DNA of 64,000 nucleotides, taken from assembly GCA_045659265.1 (NCBI GenBank), contig JAZOWO010000131.1, positions 1,757 through 65,756 of the forward strand, written 5' to 3'. The notes under the pieces were generated by a model. The model had not been told where the DNA came from. It ran no database searches and saw nothing but the letters and a program-made list of their open reading frames with translations. Below are positions 1 through 9,937 of this stretch, piece by piece. Position 1 is the stretch's first letter. Every line of letters starts with the position of its first letter. A program made the translations under genes and the position numbers. The stretch comes from Clostridia bacterium. Its GTDB lineage: Bacteria > Bacillota > Clostridia > TANB77 > CAG-465.

Positions 1-2
1 AG

Positions 3-485
3 GAATACGTTAAACCAACTGATGAAGGTATTAGAGATGCAATGAAGAGCGGTATACTTGCTGGTTACCCAGTTGTTGACGTTAAAGTTGCACTTGTTGA
101 TGGTTCATACCACGATGTTGACTCATCAGAAGCAGCCTTCAAAGTAGCAGGTTCTATGGCGTTCAAAGAAGCTTGCCGTCAAGGTGGAGCAGTATTACTT
201 GAACCAATCATGAAAGTTGATGTAATAGTTCCTGAAGAATACATGGGTGATGTTATAGGTGACATCAACTCAAGACGTGGAAGACTAGAAGGTATGGAAG
301 CAGATGCTGGAACTCAAACAATCCACTCATTTGTACCATTATCTGAAATGTTCGGATACGCAACAGACTTAAGAAGTAAAACTCAAGGTAGAGGTGTTTA
401 CTCAATGGAACCAAGTCACTATGAAGAAGTTCCAAAATCAGTACATGAAGCTATTGTTGGCGCAAGAGCTAAGAAAGAAGACTAA
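3..485 (+). CDS. fusA: Elongation factor G, C-terminal fragment; the 5' end lies outside the window
   Basis: The translation matches EF-G domains IV-V (…[23 protein letters not shown]…[16 protein letters not shown]…). The frame is open from the window edge and tuf follows immediately. Confidence 0.9.
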   Translation, partial: EYVKPTDEGIRDAMKSGILAGYPVVDVKVALVDGSYHDVDSSEAAFKVAGSMAFKEACRQGGAVLLEPIMKVDVIVPEEYMGDVIGDINSRRGRLEGMEADAGTQTIHSFVPLSEMFGYATDLRSKTQGRGVYSMEPSHYEEVPKSVHEAIVGARAKKED

Positions 486-520
486 TTGTACTTAAAAAAT
501 TAGAAAAAACGGTTAATGAC

Positions 521-549
521 TTGCAAAAAATATTTTTGTGTAGTAAAAT
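521..549 (+). promoter_or_regulatory. Candidate sigma-A promoter for tuf (TTGCAA-17-TAAAAT), bracketed by an 11-bp inverted repeat (508-518 and 570-580)
   Basis: The -35 and -10 hexamers have 17-bp spacing and lie about 65 nt upstream of the tuf RBS AGGAGG. The arms aacggttaatg and cattaaccgtt are perfect reverse complements. Confidence 0.4.
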
Positions 550-614
550 GACCTTAAATAATGTGCAAACATTAACCGTTAATTATATTTATAGAAAATA
601 AGGAGGAATATAAA

Positions 615-1817
615 ATGGCAAAAGCTAAGTTCGAAAGAACAAAACCACATTGTAATGTTGGAACAATCGGTCACGTTGACCATGGTAAAACAACATTAAC
701 AGCAGCTATAACTAAAGTAGCAGCTTTAAACAATGGAGCAGAATTCAAAGCATATGATCAAATAGATAACGCTCCAGAAGAAAGAGCAAGAGGAATCACA
801 ATTTCTACTTCTCACGTTGAATATGAAACAGACAGAAGACACTACGCACACGTTGACTGCCCAGGACACGCTGACTATGTTAAAAACATGATCACTGGTG
901 CTGCGCAAATGGATGGTGCAATACTAGTTGTTTCTGCAGCTGATGGTCCAATGCCACAAACTAAAGAACACATACTACTTGCTAGACAAGTTGGTGTTCC
1001 TTACATCGTAGTATTTATGAACAAATGTGACCAAGTTGATGATCCAGAATTATTAGAATTAGTTGAAATGGATATCAGAGAATTATTAACTAAGTATGAT
1101 TTCCCAGGAGATGATACTCCAATAGTTAAAGGTTCAGCTCTTAAAGTTCTTGAATCTACATCAACAGATCCAAACGCACCTGAATATGCTCCAATCAAGG
1201 AATTATTAGATGCAGTTGATAGCTTTATTCCAGATCCAGAAAGAGATACAGATAAACCTTTCTTAATGCCAATTGAAGACGTATTCACAATCACAGGACG
1301 TGGAACAGTTGTTACTGGTAGAGTTGAAAGAGGAACATTAAAAGTTGGTGACGAAATCGAAATCGTTGGTCTTGCTGACGAATCTAAGAAAACAGTTGTT
1401 ACTGGTATCGAAATGTTCAGAAAATCTCTAGATAGCGCTGAATGCGGAGACAACGCTGGTGTTCTATTAAGAGGAATTCAAAGAAACGAAGTTGAAAGAG
1501 GTCAAGTTCTTGCTAAACCAGGTTCTATAACACCTCATACTGAATTCGAAGCTGAAGTTTATATCCTAACTAAAGAAGAAGGTGGAAGACATACTCCATT
1601 CTTTAACGGATACAGACCACAATTCTATTTCAGAACAACTGACGTTACAGGTATAATCGACCTTCCAAAGGATAAAGAAATGGTTATGCCAGGTGAAAAC
1701 GTAACTATGAAAATTAAGTTAATAACTCCAATAGCTATTGAAAAAGGACTTAAATTCGCTATCCGTGAAGGTGGTAGAACAGTTGGTTCTGGTTCAGTAT
1801 CTAACATCATTGCTTAA
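615..1817 (+). CDS. tuf: Elongation factor Tu
   Basis: The 400-aa product has the [11 protein letters not shown]-loop, DCPGHADY and NKCD motifs. A strong RBS (aaggagg) precedes the start. Confidence 0.97.
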   Translation: MAKAKFERTKPHCNVGTIGHVDHGKTTLTAAITKVAALNNGAEFKAYDQIDNAPEERARGITISTSHVEYETDRRHYAHVDCPGHADYVKNMITGAAQMDGAILVVSAADGPMPQTKEHILLARQVGVPYIVVFMNKCDQVDDPELLELVEMDIRELLTKYDFPGDDTPIVKGSALKVLESTSTDPNAPEYAPIKELLDAVDSFIPDPERDTDKPFLMPIEDVFTITGRGTVVTGRVERGTLKVGDEIEIVGLADESKKTVVTGIEMFRKSLDSAECGDNAGVLLRGIQRNEVERGQVLAKPGSITPHTEFEAEVYILTKEEGGRHTPFFNGYRPQFYFRTTDVTGIIDLPKDKEMVMPGENVTMKIKLITPIAIEKGLKFAIREGGRTVGSGSVSNIIA

Positions 1818-1844
1818 TTTGTATAGATATATGAATTTTACAGA

Positions 1845-1872
1845 AAAACACATCGAAAGATGTGTTTTTTTG
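1845..1872 (+). terminator. Rho-independent terminator after tuf
   Basis: The hairpin aaacacatc-gaaa-gatgtgttt is followed by a T-run. Confidence 0.7.
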
Positions 1873-1937
1873 TCGTAATATGGTATAATAACGGAGTACA
1901 AAAACCAACTCTAAAAATAATTTTAAGGAGGATAGTC

Positions 1938-2210
1938 ATGAAGAAGTGGTTTACGGACAGTGAAGTGGATATACTTCAAGCCGCTAGAAAAAGTGGCGGC
2001 ATTTTCCTAAGGATTTATGAAGATGAGAAAAAGGTAGAAGTGCTTGTAAGCGATGGCAATTACGGGTACAAACCTAATAAAACATTAGATAGATCTCTTT
2101 CTTCAAAAATCAAGGAGGCATATGCTAACCAAACTCAATACAATGCACCCCATAAGGATGGTACTTTTGATGTTTCTCTTGCTTGGTTTATAGTGTGTTT
2201 CTCTAGTTGA
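1938..2210 (+). CDS. Small hypothetical protein (about 90 aa), paralogue A of a tandem pair. GC-rich codon usage.
   Basis: ATG at 1938 follows the RBS aaggagg. The upstream promoter is an extended -10 tgGTATAAT at 1881-1889. It shares GG(I/V)FLR…VEVL…DGN…TLD…LS.KI with the next ORF. Confidence 0.5.
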   Translation: MKKWFTDSEVDILQAARKSGGIFLRIYEDEKKVEVLVSDGNYGYKPNKTLDRSLSSKIKEAYANQTQYNAPHKDGTFDVSLAWFIVCFSS

Positions 2211-2278
2211 CATATGTGGTATAATATTATTACTAGGAAATAGCATCCAAGTAATAAATTATAAGGAGAAACAACAAT

Positions 2279-2533
2279 ATGGCAATGGTTTTTACAACCG
2301 AAGAGAAAGCAAAACTTAGGACGAGCTTGGAAAACGGCGGAGTGTTTTTACGGTTACTCGATGATACGAGACACCCTGTAGAGGTACTCAAAGGCGATGG
2401 CAATGGTAGCTGGAAAGCGATGGAGACTCTTGATGAGACTTTAAGCTACAAAATTTACCAAATGTATGCATATGACATTCCTATGGGAATGAAGATGATC
2501 GGCCTCAAAAATTTCGTTACAAAGAATTGCTAA
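2279..2533 (+). CDS. Small hypothetical protein (84 aa), paralogue B of the tandem pair
   Basis: It has its own extended -10 tgGTATAAT at 2217-2225 and an RBS aaggag. It is paralogous to the ORF at 1938-2210 and is GC-enriched relative to the flanks. Confidence 0.5.
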   Translation: MAMVFTTEEKAKLRTSLENGGVFLRLLDDTRHPVEVLKGDGNGSWKAMETLDETLSYKIYQMYAYDIPMGMKMIGLKNFVTKNC

Positions 2534-2542
2534 ACAAAATGA

Positions 2543-2574
2543 AATAACACGGATATATTCCGTGTTATTTTTTG
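2543..2574. terminator. Bidirectional Rho-independent terminator
   Basis: The hairpin aataacacgga-tatat-tccgtgttatt is flanked by a T-run. Confidence 0.65.
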
Positions 2575-3121
2575 CTTATTCCATAAATAATGAATGGTTG
2601 AGCAAGAGGCATAAATATACTTAATACAAGAAGCAAAATAGCGTATTTAGGCGTTTTCATCTCGTATATCCTATAAAGTAACCCTAGTTTACAAATAATG
2701 AATAAAAGCGTTGCAAATGGCCCTACATAAGGTAAGAACGAAGAAAGTAACAGAGCGGGTAGTAAGTATTCTGGGTGGTCAACATCTACACCAAACAGTC
2801 TAGTTCTTTTAAGGATGATACCATATATAAAGAAACAACCAAATGGGATGAATGCAAGCCATGCAAAGCTTCTATTGTTATTTCTAGCTAGTGTATATAA
2901 CCCAATAGAACGGATGAAATACAATACTAAAATAGCTAAAGTAGTAAATATTAATATTAAAGAAATAGTACTAACAATAGAGGTTAAGCTAGACCAGTTA
3001 ATATTCATAACTTGTTCGTTAGTAGGAACATTTAATACATCATTTAACCAATTCATAATTCTATTAAATATTTGGTTTAATTTAATTGGAATAATAGCAG
3101 TCTCGTTAAAAATATTCATAA
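2565..3121 (-). CDS. Multi-pass integral membrane protein, unknown function
   Basis: The product has 5-6 hydrophobic helices. The start is placed at MNIFNE (ATG 3119-3121) because an RBS aaagga lies upstream and the longer ORF would overlap the divergent gene at 3232. Confidence 0.45.
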
Positions 3122-3231
3122 AATCTAATCCTTTCGTAAATATTATGTGGAAGATGTGGAAAAATATAATAAAAGATTTACAAAAATATGAATTTGATAT
3201 ACAATGAAAACATATAAAGAAGGGGAAACAA

Positions 3232-4308
3232 ATGATGAAAAAAGGAATATCTTTAATAGTTTTAGTCATTACAATAATAGTTATGATAATACTTGCAGCA
3301 AGTGTAGTAATAACATTGTCTAATACTGGAATAATAAATAGAGCAAGTCATGCAGTAGATTTGACAAATGAATCTCAAGTGCAAGATTTAGCAGCATTAA
3401 TATGGGCAGATGCCTATATGAACAATTTAAGAGGAACTGCGTTAGAAACAAAAGTAAAAAACAAATTAAAAGAGCAAGGGATAGAAGATGATAATTGGAA
3501 TATAACTGTAACAGACACAGGGATAAGCGTTATTAATAAAAAAGGTAAGGTAGGATTGGGAATGTTGATTACGGCAGAAGATTATGGAAAAACAGTAGAT
3601 TATTCTGTAACGGTAGCCGAAACAACGTATAGTAAGTGGCAAATTTATTATCATAATGACGATTATGTATATATAATATCTGAAAGTATAGGAAAAGAAG
3701 GGTTAGGAGATTTTGTAGAAAGACCACAGGGTGGATATGTATATGTAGGAAATGGAGATGTTTTGTCATTAAGCTCAGACCAGTTAACATTATATAAAAA
3801 GTTTAAGCTTGGGCAAGATGGTTATATATTAGACTCAACGAAGGCAAATAGTGATGCGGTAGCATATTTAATAACAAAATATGCAAATTTTGCAAATAAA
3901 ACTGAAAAATATAGTTCATATGTAGAGGGAGCAATTGGTGCCCCAACAATAGAATTATTAGCAGCAGGATGGAACGCATGGAATGAAGCGAAGAAATTGG
4001 TTGAACCATCCCATACATATACAGCATTAACTCTATCGTCTGATGCCACATGGACTGGCTATATGGTAAATGGGGAACAACAGATGGCTTATATAGAAAC
4101 CGATGGTTTCTATATGAATTCAAAATGCTATTACTGGCTGGCTTCTCCGTCGGCTTATTACAATGGAAATGTGTTGTATTCAGGTGGGACTTATGTAGGA
4201 AGCAACGGCATAATGGGTGGATATTCTATTAGACCCGTAGTTTGTCTAAAAGCAAGTATTCCAGCAAAAGTAGGAACTGGAGATTATGATTTTGAATTAG
4301 TTAAATAA
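3232..4308 (+). CDS. Pilin-like, DUF1566/Lcl-like C-terminal domain protein
   Basis: The N-terminus MMKKGISLIVLVITIIVMIILAASVV resembles a class III prepilin leader: basic residues, Gly, then a hydrophobic helix, but with no Glu at +5. The C-terminus YYWLASPS…GGYSIRPVVCLKA matches the YW…S(V/I)R(C/P)V signature of DUF1566-type domains. Confidence 0.45.
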   Translation: MMKKGISLIVLVITIIVMIILAASVVITLSNTGIINRASHAVDLTNESQVQDLAALIWADAYMNNLRGTALETKVKNKLKEQGIEDDNWNITVTDTGISVINKKGKVGLGMLITAEDYGKTVDYSVTVAETTYSKWQIYYHNDDYVYIISESIGKEGLGDFVERPQGGYVYVGNGDVLSLSSDQLTLYKKFKLGQDGYILDSTKANSDAVAYLITKYANFANKTEKYSSYVEGAIGAPTIELLAAGWNAWNEAKKLVEPSHTYTALTLSSDATWTGYMVNGEQQMAYIETDGFYMNSKCYYWLASPSAYYNGNVLYSGGTYVGSNGIMGGYSIRPVVCLKASIPAKVGTGDYDFELVK

Positions 4309-4314
4309 ACATGC

Positions 4315-4350
4315 AAAAAGCACCAAAATTAATTGGTGCTTTTTGTTTCG
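4315..4350. terminator. Bidirectional Rho-independent terminator between convergent genes
   Basis: The hairpin aagcaccaa…ttggtgctt is flanked by A- and T-runs. Confidence 0.7.
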
Positions 4351-4364
4351 TTTGAATTGTTTTG

Positions 4365-4730
4365 TTACTTTGCTTCAAGGTGTGCGAGAGTAAGTGCGGT
4401 GCAGACATCGGTGTTCTTTTCTCTGGGAATAACGATAGAGAAATCTTTGCAACCGGCAATGTCTACTGTAAACTCCTTTTCTTTGAGATAACGGTAACCT
4501 ACGAATTTCTTCTTTCCATCCGTTTTGGTGAACTCGAAATAGCAGTCTATTTCAAGATTTGAGTGGAAGGTGAATGTAAGGGATTCGTAGTTGTTATCGT
4601 TTACAAAGGTAAAAATGTATTCCTTGTTCCGGATACATCTTGAGAAGTTTACAAGCAGTGTGTCTGTTACGTTGAAATCCAGTTCTACGGGTTTGTCTCC
4701 GTTAAACATAAGTTGTAGTTTTTGTTCCAT
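4365..4730 (-). CDS. Hypothetical 121-aa protein in a GC-enriched islet
   Basis: This is an intact ORF with an RBS (ggaggtaataaag, reverse complement) upstream. Its codon usage (gcaccg, ggttacc, tgcggtgc) is unlike the flanks. No recognisable motifs were found. Confidence 0.4.
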   Translation of the reverse strand: MEQKLQLMFNGDKPVELDFNVTDTLLVNFSRCIRNKEYIFTFVNDNNYESLTFTFHSNLEIDCYFEFTKTDGKKKFVGYRYLKEKEFTVDIAGCKDFSIVIPREKNTDVCTALTLAHLEAK

Positions 4731-4874
4731 TTCTTTATTACCTCCAATTGTTTGTAATCTTAGTTTTTTACTACAATATTTAGTATATCACACATATATA
4801 TTTATGTCAACCTGAATAAAATGCTTGCAAATTGTATAAGATTGTAGTAAGATAATTGTTATGAGGTGATAATT

Positions 4875-5438
4875 TTGTCTAGAACTGCTACAGCAAGAAA
4901 TATTCGTGGCGAAAAGATAATGGAATATCTAGAAAAGAATCCATTAGCTACAGACGAAGTGCTTGCAAAGACATTTAAAGTTAGCATAAATACAATAAGA
5001 TTAGATAGAGCAAGACTTGGTATAAAAGAGTTCAAGGAAAGACTTAAAAACAAAGCAGAAGAAACTATGAAACATGTAACTTCAATTTCTCCAGCTGAGT
5101 TTATAGGGGATATGATAAACTTCACACCAAGTGTAGGCGCAACTTCAAGATTAGAAACTACAAAAGATATGACATTCGAAGGAATGAATGTTGTTAAAGG
5201 ACAATACATATATTCTTTTGCAGAGTCTATGGCTATTTCGCTAATACCAACAAAAGCGGCATTAGTAGGAGTTGCAAATATTAAATATGTAGAAAAAATA
5301 GAGGCAGATACAGTAATATATGCTCATGCTGAAATGAGAAAGAAAACAGCAAGTGGATATATTGTATGGGTAAGAATTTTAGATGAAAACGATTCTCTTA
5401 AATTCAAAGGCAAATTCATATTGAAAGGAATAGTATAA
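4875..5438 (+). CDS. fapR: Fatty-acid/phospholipid synthesis transcriptional repressor FapR
   Basis: It has an N-terminal HTH (DEVLAKTFKVSINTIRLDRARLGI) and a C-terminal hotdog fold. It lies directly upstream of plsX. A TTG start follows the RBS gaggtga. Confidence 0.8.
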   Translation: MSRTATARNIRGEKIMEYLEKNPLATDEVLAKTFKVSINTIRLDRARLGIKEFKERLKNKAEETMKHVTSISPAEFIGDMINFTPSVGATSRLETTKDMTFEGMNVVKGQYIYSFAESMAISLIPTKAALVGVANIKYVEKIEADTVIYAHAEMRKKTASGYIVWVRILDENDSLKFKGKFILKGIV

Positions 5439-6442
5439 TGGAAATATTAGTAGATATAAACGGAAGCGATAACGGAATAGATGAAGCAATAAGAGGTGTA
5501 GTAAACTCTATTGGTAAAACAAAAGCAAAACTAACTATGGTTGGTGACGAAGCTAAAATAAAAGATTTTATTAAAGGTGAATATTTATCTAAAGCAGATA
5601 ATATATTAAAGAATATATCAATACTTGATGCAAAAGATGCAATAACTAACTTTGATGATCCTGCTTTTGCAATTAAGCATAAAAAGGAATCTAGTATAGT
5701 TAAAGCATATGACTATATGAAAGAAAAAGAAAACACATTATTCTTATCTGCAGGTAGTACAGGAGCAGTTATGGCGGGTGGACTTCTTAAATTAAAAAGA
5801 ATAGAAGGAATACACAGACCAGCTCTTGCAACAGTTCTTCCAACAGTGGATGGAACAGGTGTTGTACTTCTAGACTGTGGTGCAAACGTAACAGCAGCAG
5901 GTGTATCGTTAGTACAATTTGCTAAAATGGGTATGGTATACTGCAAAGAAGTATTAAAGAAAGATAAAATTAGAGTTGCAATGCTAAACATTGGAACTGA
6001 AGATAAAAAAGGTTCTCCAGACTTAAAAGAAGCTTACCAATCTTTAATGGATGAATGTCCAGAATTTATTGGTAATATTGAAGCAAGAGAAATTTTATCT
6101 GGAGATGCAGATGTAGTTGTAGCAAATGGACTTATGGGAAATGTTGCTTTAAAATCTATTGAAGGAACAGCTAAGATAATGAAAAACGCATTAATGTCTG
6201 AGTTTAAGAAGAATGTGTTTAATAAATTAAAAGCTGCAAGTTCAGTGGGCTTAATTAAAAAAGCGTTATATAAATATGATTATACTAAGTATGGCGGAGC
6301 AGTGCTTTTAGGAATTAGAAAACCTGTTATTAAAATACATGGTAATGCAAAAGCACAAAACTATGAAGCGGCTATACTTCAAGCAGATACTGTTTTAGAA
6401 CAAAAATTAGTTAGAAAATTGTCAGAAAAAATAACTAAGTAA
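5438..6442 (+). CDS. plsX: Phosphate acyltransferase PlsX
   Basis: The 334-aa product matches the PlsX family and sits in the fapR-plsX-acpP context. Confidence 0.9.
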   Translation: MEILVDINGSDNGIDEAIRGVVNSIGKTKAKLTMVGDEAKIKDFIKGEYLSKADNILKNISILDAKDAITNFDDPAFAIKHKKESSIVKAYDYMKEKENTLFLSAGSTGAVMAGGLLKLKRIEGIHRPALATVLPTVDGTGVVLLDCGANVTAAGVSLVQFAKMGMVYCKEVLKKDKIRVAMLNIGTEDKKGSPDLKEAYQSLMDECPEFIGNIEAREILSGDADVVVANGLMGNVALKSIEGTAKIMKNALMSEFKKNVFNKLKAASSVGLIKKALYKYDYTKYGGAVLLGIRKPVIKIHGNAKAQNYEAAILQADTVLEQKLVRKLSEKITK

Positions 6443-6515
6443 TAATAAAACTATTGACAACAGTATAAAAATAATAGATAATACACATATAAGCTTTAAC
6501 ATGGAGGTGAATAAA

Positions 6516-6752
6516 GTGGATAATGTTTTTGAAAAAGTAAGAGAAGTAATAATGGAACAATTAGGAATAGAAGATGAAAGTAGTATAACAACAGCTACCA
6601 CATTTATTGATGATTTAGGAGCAGATTCTTTAGATGTTGTTGAATTAATAATGGCATTAGAAGAAGAATTCGGTATTGAAGTACCAGAAGTTGAAGCTGA
6701 GAAAATCGTATCAGTTGGTGACGTGGTTGAATATATTAAATCAGTAGTCTAA
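6516..6752 (+). CDS. acpP: Acyl carrier protein
   Basis: It carries the [22 protein letters not shown] phosphopantetheine-attachment motif. A GTG start follows the RBS ggaggtga. Confidence 0.9.
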   Translation: MDNVFEKVREVIMEQLGIEDESSITTATTFIDDLGADSLDVVELIMALEEEFGIEVPEVEAEKIVSVGDVVEYIKSVV

Positions 6753-6768
6753 TATAAATAGAAAATGT

Positions 6769-6800
6769 AAATAACAGTAGTATACTACTGTTATTTTTTT
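6769..6800 (+). terminator. Rho-independent terminator after acpP
   Basis: The hairpin aaataacagtagta-tactactgttattt is followed by a T-run. Confidence 0.7.
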
Positions 6801-6836
6801 CTTTTTTATGGTAAAATAATAGTTGGAGTGAGAATT

Positions 6837-7529
6837 ATGCTAAGTTTAATAGATATAGAAAAGAAAATAGGATATGTATTTAAGAACAAAGAGTTACTTA
6901 AAACAGCTCTTACACATAAGTCTTATGCTTATGAAAGAACAGGTGAAGATGTTTCTAAATACAATGAAAGATTAGAATTTTTAGGAGATGCAATACTTGA
7001 ACATATTGTATCCATCTATTTATACAATGTTGAGCCTAAATTAAAAGAAGGTGTTATGAGTAAAAAGCGTGCAGAGATTGTATGCGAAGCATCGCTTAGT
7101 AGAATAATACGTGAAAGAAATTTAGCTAAAGATATTAGACTTGGTAAATGTGAAATAAATACAGGCGGAAACAAGAAGGATGCAATACTTGCAGATATGT
7201 TTGAAGCAATTCTTGGTGCGGTATATCTTGATGGCGGATACGATGAAGCAAACAGAGTGTGCCTTGACATGATAAAAAGCACAATAGATTATGTTGTATC
7301 TAAAGAAGATACTTTAGATTACAAAACAAGACTTCAAGAAATACTTCAAAGAAACGGTAATGTAAAAATTGAATATGTACTAGAGAAAGAGCAAGGAAAA
7401 GACCATGCAAAAATGTTCTTTAGTGCGGTATATTTTAATGATAATAAAATAGGAGAAGGTAGTGGAAAAACAAAGAAACTGTCAGAACAAAATGCAGCAA
7501 AACAAGCCATTGAAAAAATTAAAGATTAA
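6837..7529 (+). CDS. rnc: Ribonuclease III
   Basis: It has the ERLEFLGDAILE catalytic signature and a C-terminal dsRBD. Confidence 0.9.
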   Translation: MLSLIDIEKKIGYVFKNKELLKTALTHKSYAYERTGEDVSKYNERLEFLGDAILEHIVSIYLYNVEPKLKEGVMSKKRAEIVCEASLSRIIRERNLAKDIRLGKCEINTGGNKKDAILADMFEAILGAVYLDGGYDEANRVCLDMIKSTIDYVVSKEDTLDYKTRLQEILQRNGNVKIEYVLEKEQGKDHAKMFFSAVYFNDNKIGEGSGKTKKLSEQNAAKQAIEKIKD

Positions 7530-7575
7530 GCTTAACTTGAAAAAAGAATTAGGATTACATATTAAAAAAGATAAC

Positions 7576-8541
7576 ATGTATATAATTCCAATTTTTATAC
7601 CACATAGGGGCTGTAAGAATGAATGCGTCTTCTGTAATCAAAGAAAGATTAGTGGAGAGACAAGGGATGTTACAGAACAAGATGTAAGAAATGAAATAGA
7701 AAAATATCTTGAGATGTATAAAGATAAAACGAAGACTAAGCAAATAGCATTCTTTGGTGGAAGCTTTACTGGTCTAGAAATGGAAGATCAAGTAAGATTC
7801 TTAAAGGTTGCAAATGAATATATAGAAAAAGGCTTAGTTAAAGATATACGTATATCTACAAGACCAGACTATATTAGTGAACTAATTCTAAAGATTCTTA
7901 AAGGATACAATGTTTCTGTAATTGAACTTGGTGTTCAATCTATGGATGATGAAGTATTACTTAAGGCTAAACGCGGACATACATCAGAAGATGTTGTTAA
8001 AGCGTCAGAATTAATAAACAAATATGGCTTTGAACTTGGACATCAAGTTATGGTGGGATTACCAGAAAGTACATTAGAAAAGGAACTTGAAACGGTAAGA
8101 AAAAGTATTGAACTTAAACCTAAAATGGTTAGAATATATCCAGTATATGTGCTTAAAGAAAGTAAACTGTGGGATATGTATGAATCTGGAGAATATAAAC
8201 CGTTAGAAGTAGAAGATGCAGTAGCTAGAGCGAGTGCGATGTATGAAGAATATATAAAGCACAACATTAAAGTTATTAGAATAGGCCTTCAAACAACAGA
8301 AGAAATTAATTCTAAAAATGAAGAGATAAAAGGTCCAGTTACAGATAATTATAAAGAACAAGTGTTATCTAGCATAGCTAAAAAACATACTTTAGAGAAA
8401 ATAAGCAAGGCTAAGGATAATAGGGAAATAATAATTCAAGTACCCGAATCACAAATAAACTATGTTGTGGGTAGCAAGAAATCTAATATATCACAGTACG
8501 AAAGTGGATACAGTGGAAAAGTTAGAGTCAAAATCAAATAG
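7576..8541 (+). CDS. Radical SAM protein (TIGR01212/Elp3-like family)
   Basis: It carries the CKNECVFCNQRK CxxxCxxC motif. The position immediately after rnc is typical of Clostridia. The start is uncertain; an alternative TTG lies at 7537. Confidence 0.7.
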   Translation: MYIIPIFIPHRGCKNECVFCNQRKISGETRDVTEQDVRNEIEKYLEMYKDKTKTKQIAFFGGSFTGLEMEDQVRFLKVANEYIEKGLVKDIRISTRPDYISELILKILKGYNVSVIELGVQSMDDEVLLKAKRGHTSEDVVKASELINKYGFELGHQVMVGLPESTLEKELETVRKSIELKPKMVRIYPVYVLKESKLWDMYESGEYKPLEVEDAVARASAMYEEYIKHNIKVIRIGLQTTEEINSKNEEIKGPVTDNYKEQVLSSIAKKHTLEKISKAKDNREIIIQVPESQINYVVGSKKSNISQYESGYSGKVRVKIK

Positions 8542-8695
8542 AATTAAAGAAAAGTGGTATAGAGCATACTGCTTTTCTTTTTTATCATAAATACTTTCTT
8601 GTACTATTTTGGATGCGCACAAATTATATATTTTCCATTGCATTTTCAAAATTCTTAAGATATAATGATTGTGTATATAGTAAAAGGGGAAACTT

Positions 8696-9937
8696 ATGGA
8701 CAAACCACTTGCGTTTAGAATGAAACCAACGACGCTAGAAGAGTTCTACGGACAAGAACATATTGTGGGTAAAGATAAGTTGTTATATAGATTAATAAAA
8801 GCAGATAGATTAACATCTGTAATATTTTGGGGACCACCTGGTTGTGGTAAAACATCGCTTGCGAGGGTAATAGCGAATACTACAAAATATAACTTTGTTG
8901 AGCTAAATGCTACTTCTGCGGGAGTATCAGATATTAAGAAAATAGCAGAAGATACTAACAACTTGTTCTTCAATCCAAGCGGAAAGACAATAGTCTTTAT
9001 TGATGAAATACATAGATTTAATAAGTTGCAACAAGATGCACTTCTACCTATGGTAGAAAAGGGGACAATTATATTAATTGGTGCAACAACAGAGAATCCA
9101 TATTTCGAAGTAAATAAGGCTTTGGTTTCAAGATCAACAATATTTAAATTAGAACCATTAACTACTGATGCGGTAGAAGATATAATAAGGTCTACGTTAT
9201 CTAACAAAGAAAATGGACTTGGAAACTATAAAATAGATATAGATGATGATGCTATAGGATTTTTAGCAAGAACTACCGAAGGTGATGTAAGAACTGCGTT
9301 AAATGCATTAGAACTTGCAGTAATAAGTTCGGAGCTTGAAGCGGATGGTAGCGTTAAAGTTACAGCAAATATCTTAGAAGAATGTTTACAAAGCAGAAAA
9401 CTGTATTACGATAAAAACTCAGAAGTGCATTATGATACAATTTCAGCGTTCATTAAATCAATGCGCGGAAGTGATGCGAATGCTGCAATACATTATTTAG
9501 CAAGAATGCTAGAAGCAGGAGAAGATCCGATGTTTATAGCAAGAAGAATTGTAATATGTGCAGCAGAAGATGTAGGACTAGCAAATCCTAACGCTTTGGT
9601 AGTAGCAAATGCGGCAATGCAAGCAGTACATCAAGTAGGAATGCCTGAAGCAAGAATTATTCTTGCAGAAGCAGTTTGTGTAGTTGCTAACTCTAGAAAA
9701 TCTAATAGCGCATATTTAGCAATAAACAATGCGATAGAAGATGTGCATAATATGGATGTTGGTGAAGTACCAATGCATATTAGAAATGCACCGATAAAGG
9801 AAATGGAAAAGGATGGCTACCATGTAGGATACAAATATCCACATGATTATCCAGGTGGAATAGTAGAGCAACAATATCTACCAGATGAAATTAAGGACAA
9901 AAAATACTACATTCCTAAAGAATGGGAGGTTAGATAG
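8696..9937 (+). CDS. rarA: Replication-associated recombination protein A (AAA+ ATPase)
   Basis: It has the Walker A motif GPPGCGKTSLAR, Walker B FIDEIHRF and a MgsA-type C-terminus. Confidence 0.9.
   Translation: MDKPLAFRMKPTTLEEFYGQEHIVGKDKLLYRLIKADRLTSVIFWGPPGCGKTSLARVIANTTKYNFVELNATSAGVSDIKKIAEDTNNLFFNPSGKTIVFIDEIHRFNKLQQDALLPMVEKGTIILIGATTENPYFEVNKALVSRSTIFKLEPLTTDAVEDIIRSTLSNKENGLGNYKIDIDDDAIGFLARTTEGDVRTALNALELAVISSELEADGSVKVTANILEECLQSRKLYYDKNSEVHYDTISAFIKSMRGSDANAAIHYLARMLEAGEDPMFIARRIVICAAEDVGLANPNALVVANAAMQAVHQVGMPEARIILAEAVCVVANSRKSNSAYLAINNAIEDVHNMDVGEVPMHIRNAPIKEMEKDGYHVGYKYPHDYPGGIVEQQYLPDEIKDKKYYIPKEWEVR

Noticed and set aside
726-1810. Minus-strand ORFs within tuf (60-150 aa)
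   Set aside because: They are embedded antisense in a highly conserved, highly expressed gene and have no translation signals.
1860-1937. Longer N-terminal extension of the first small paralogue (the ORF as listed starts at 1860)
   Set aside because: The extension overlaps the tuf terminator hairpin and the promoter. A strong RBS precedes the ATG at 1938, so the shorter form is preferred.
4731-4874. FapR operator upstream of fapR
   Set aside because: Only weak AT-rich pseudo-palindromes are present (tagtatatcacacatatata). They cannot be distinguished from background in a 30% GC genome.
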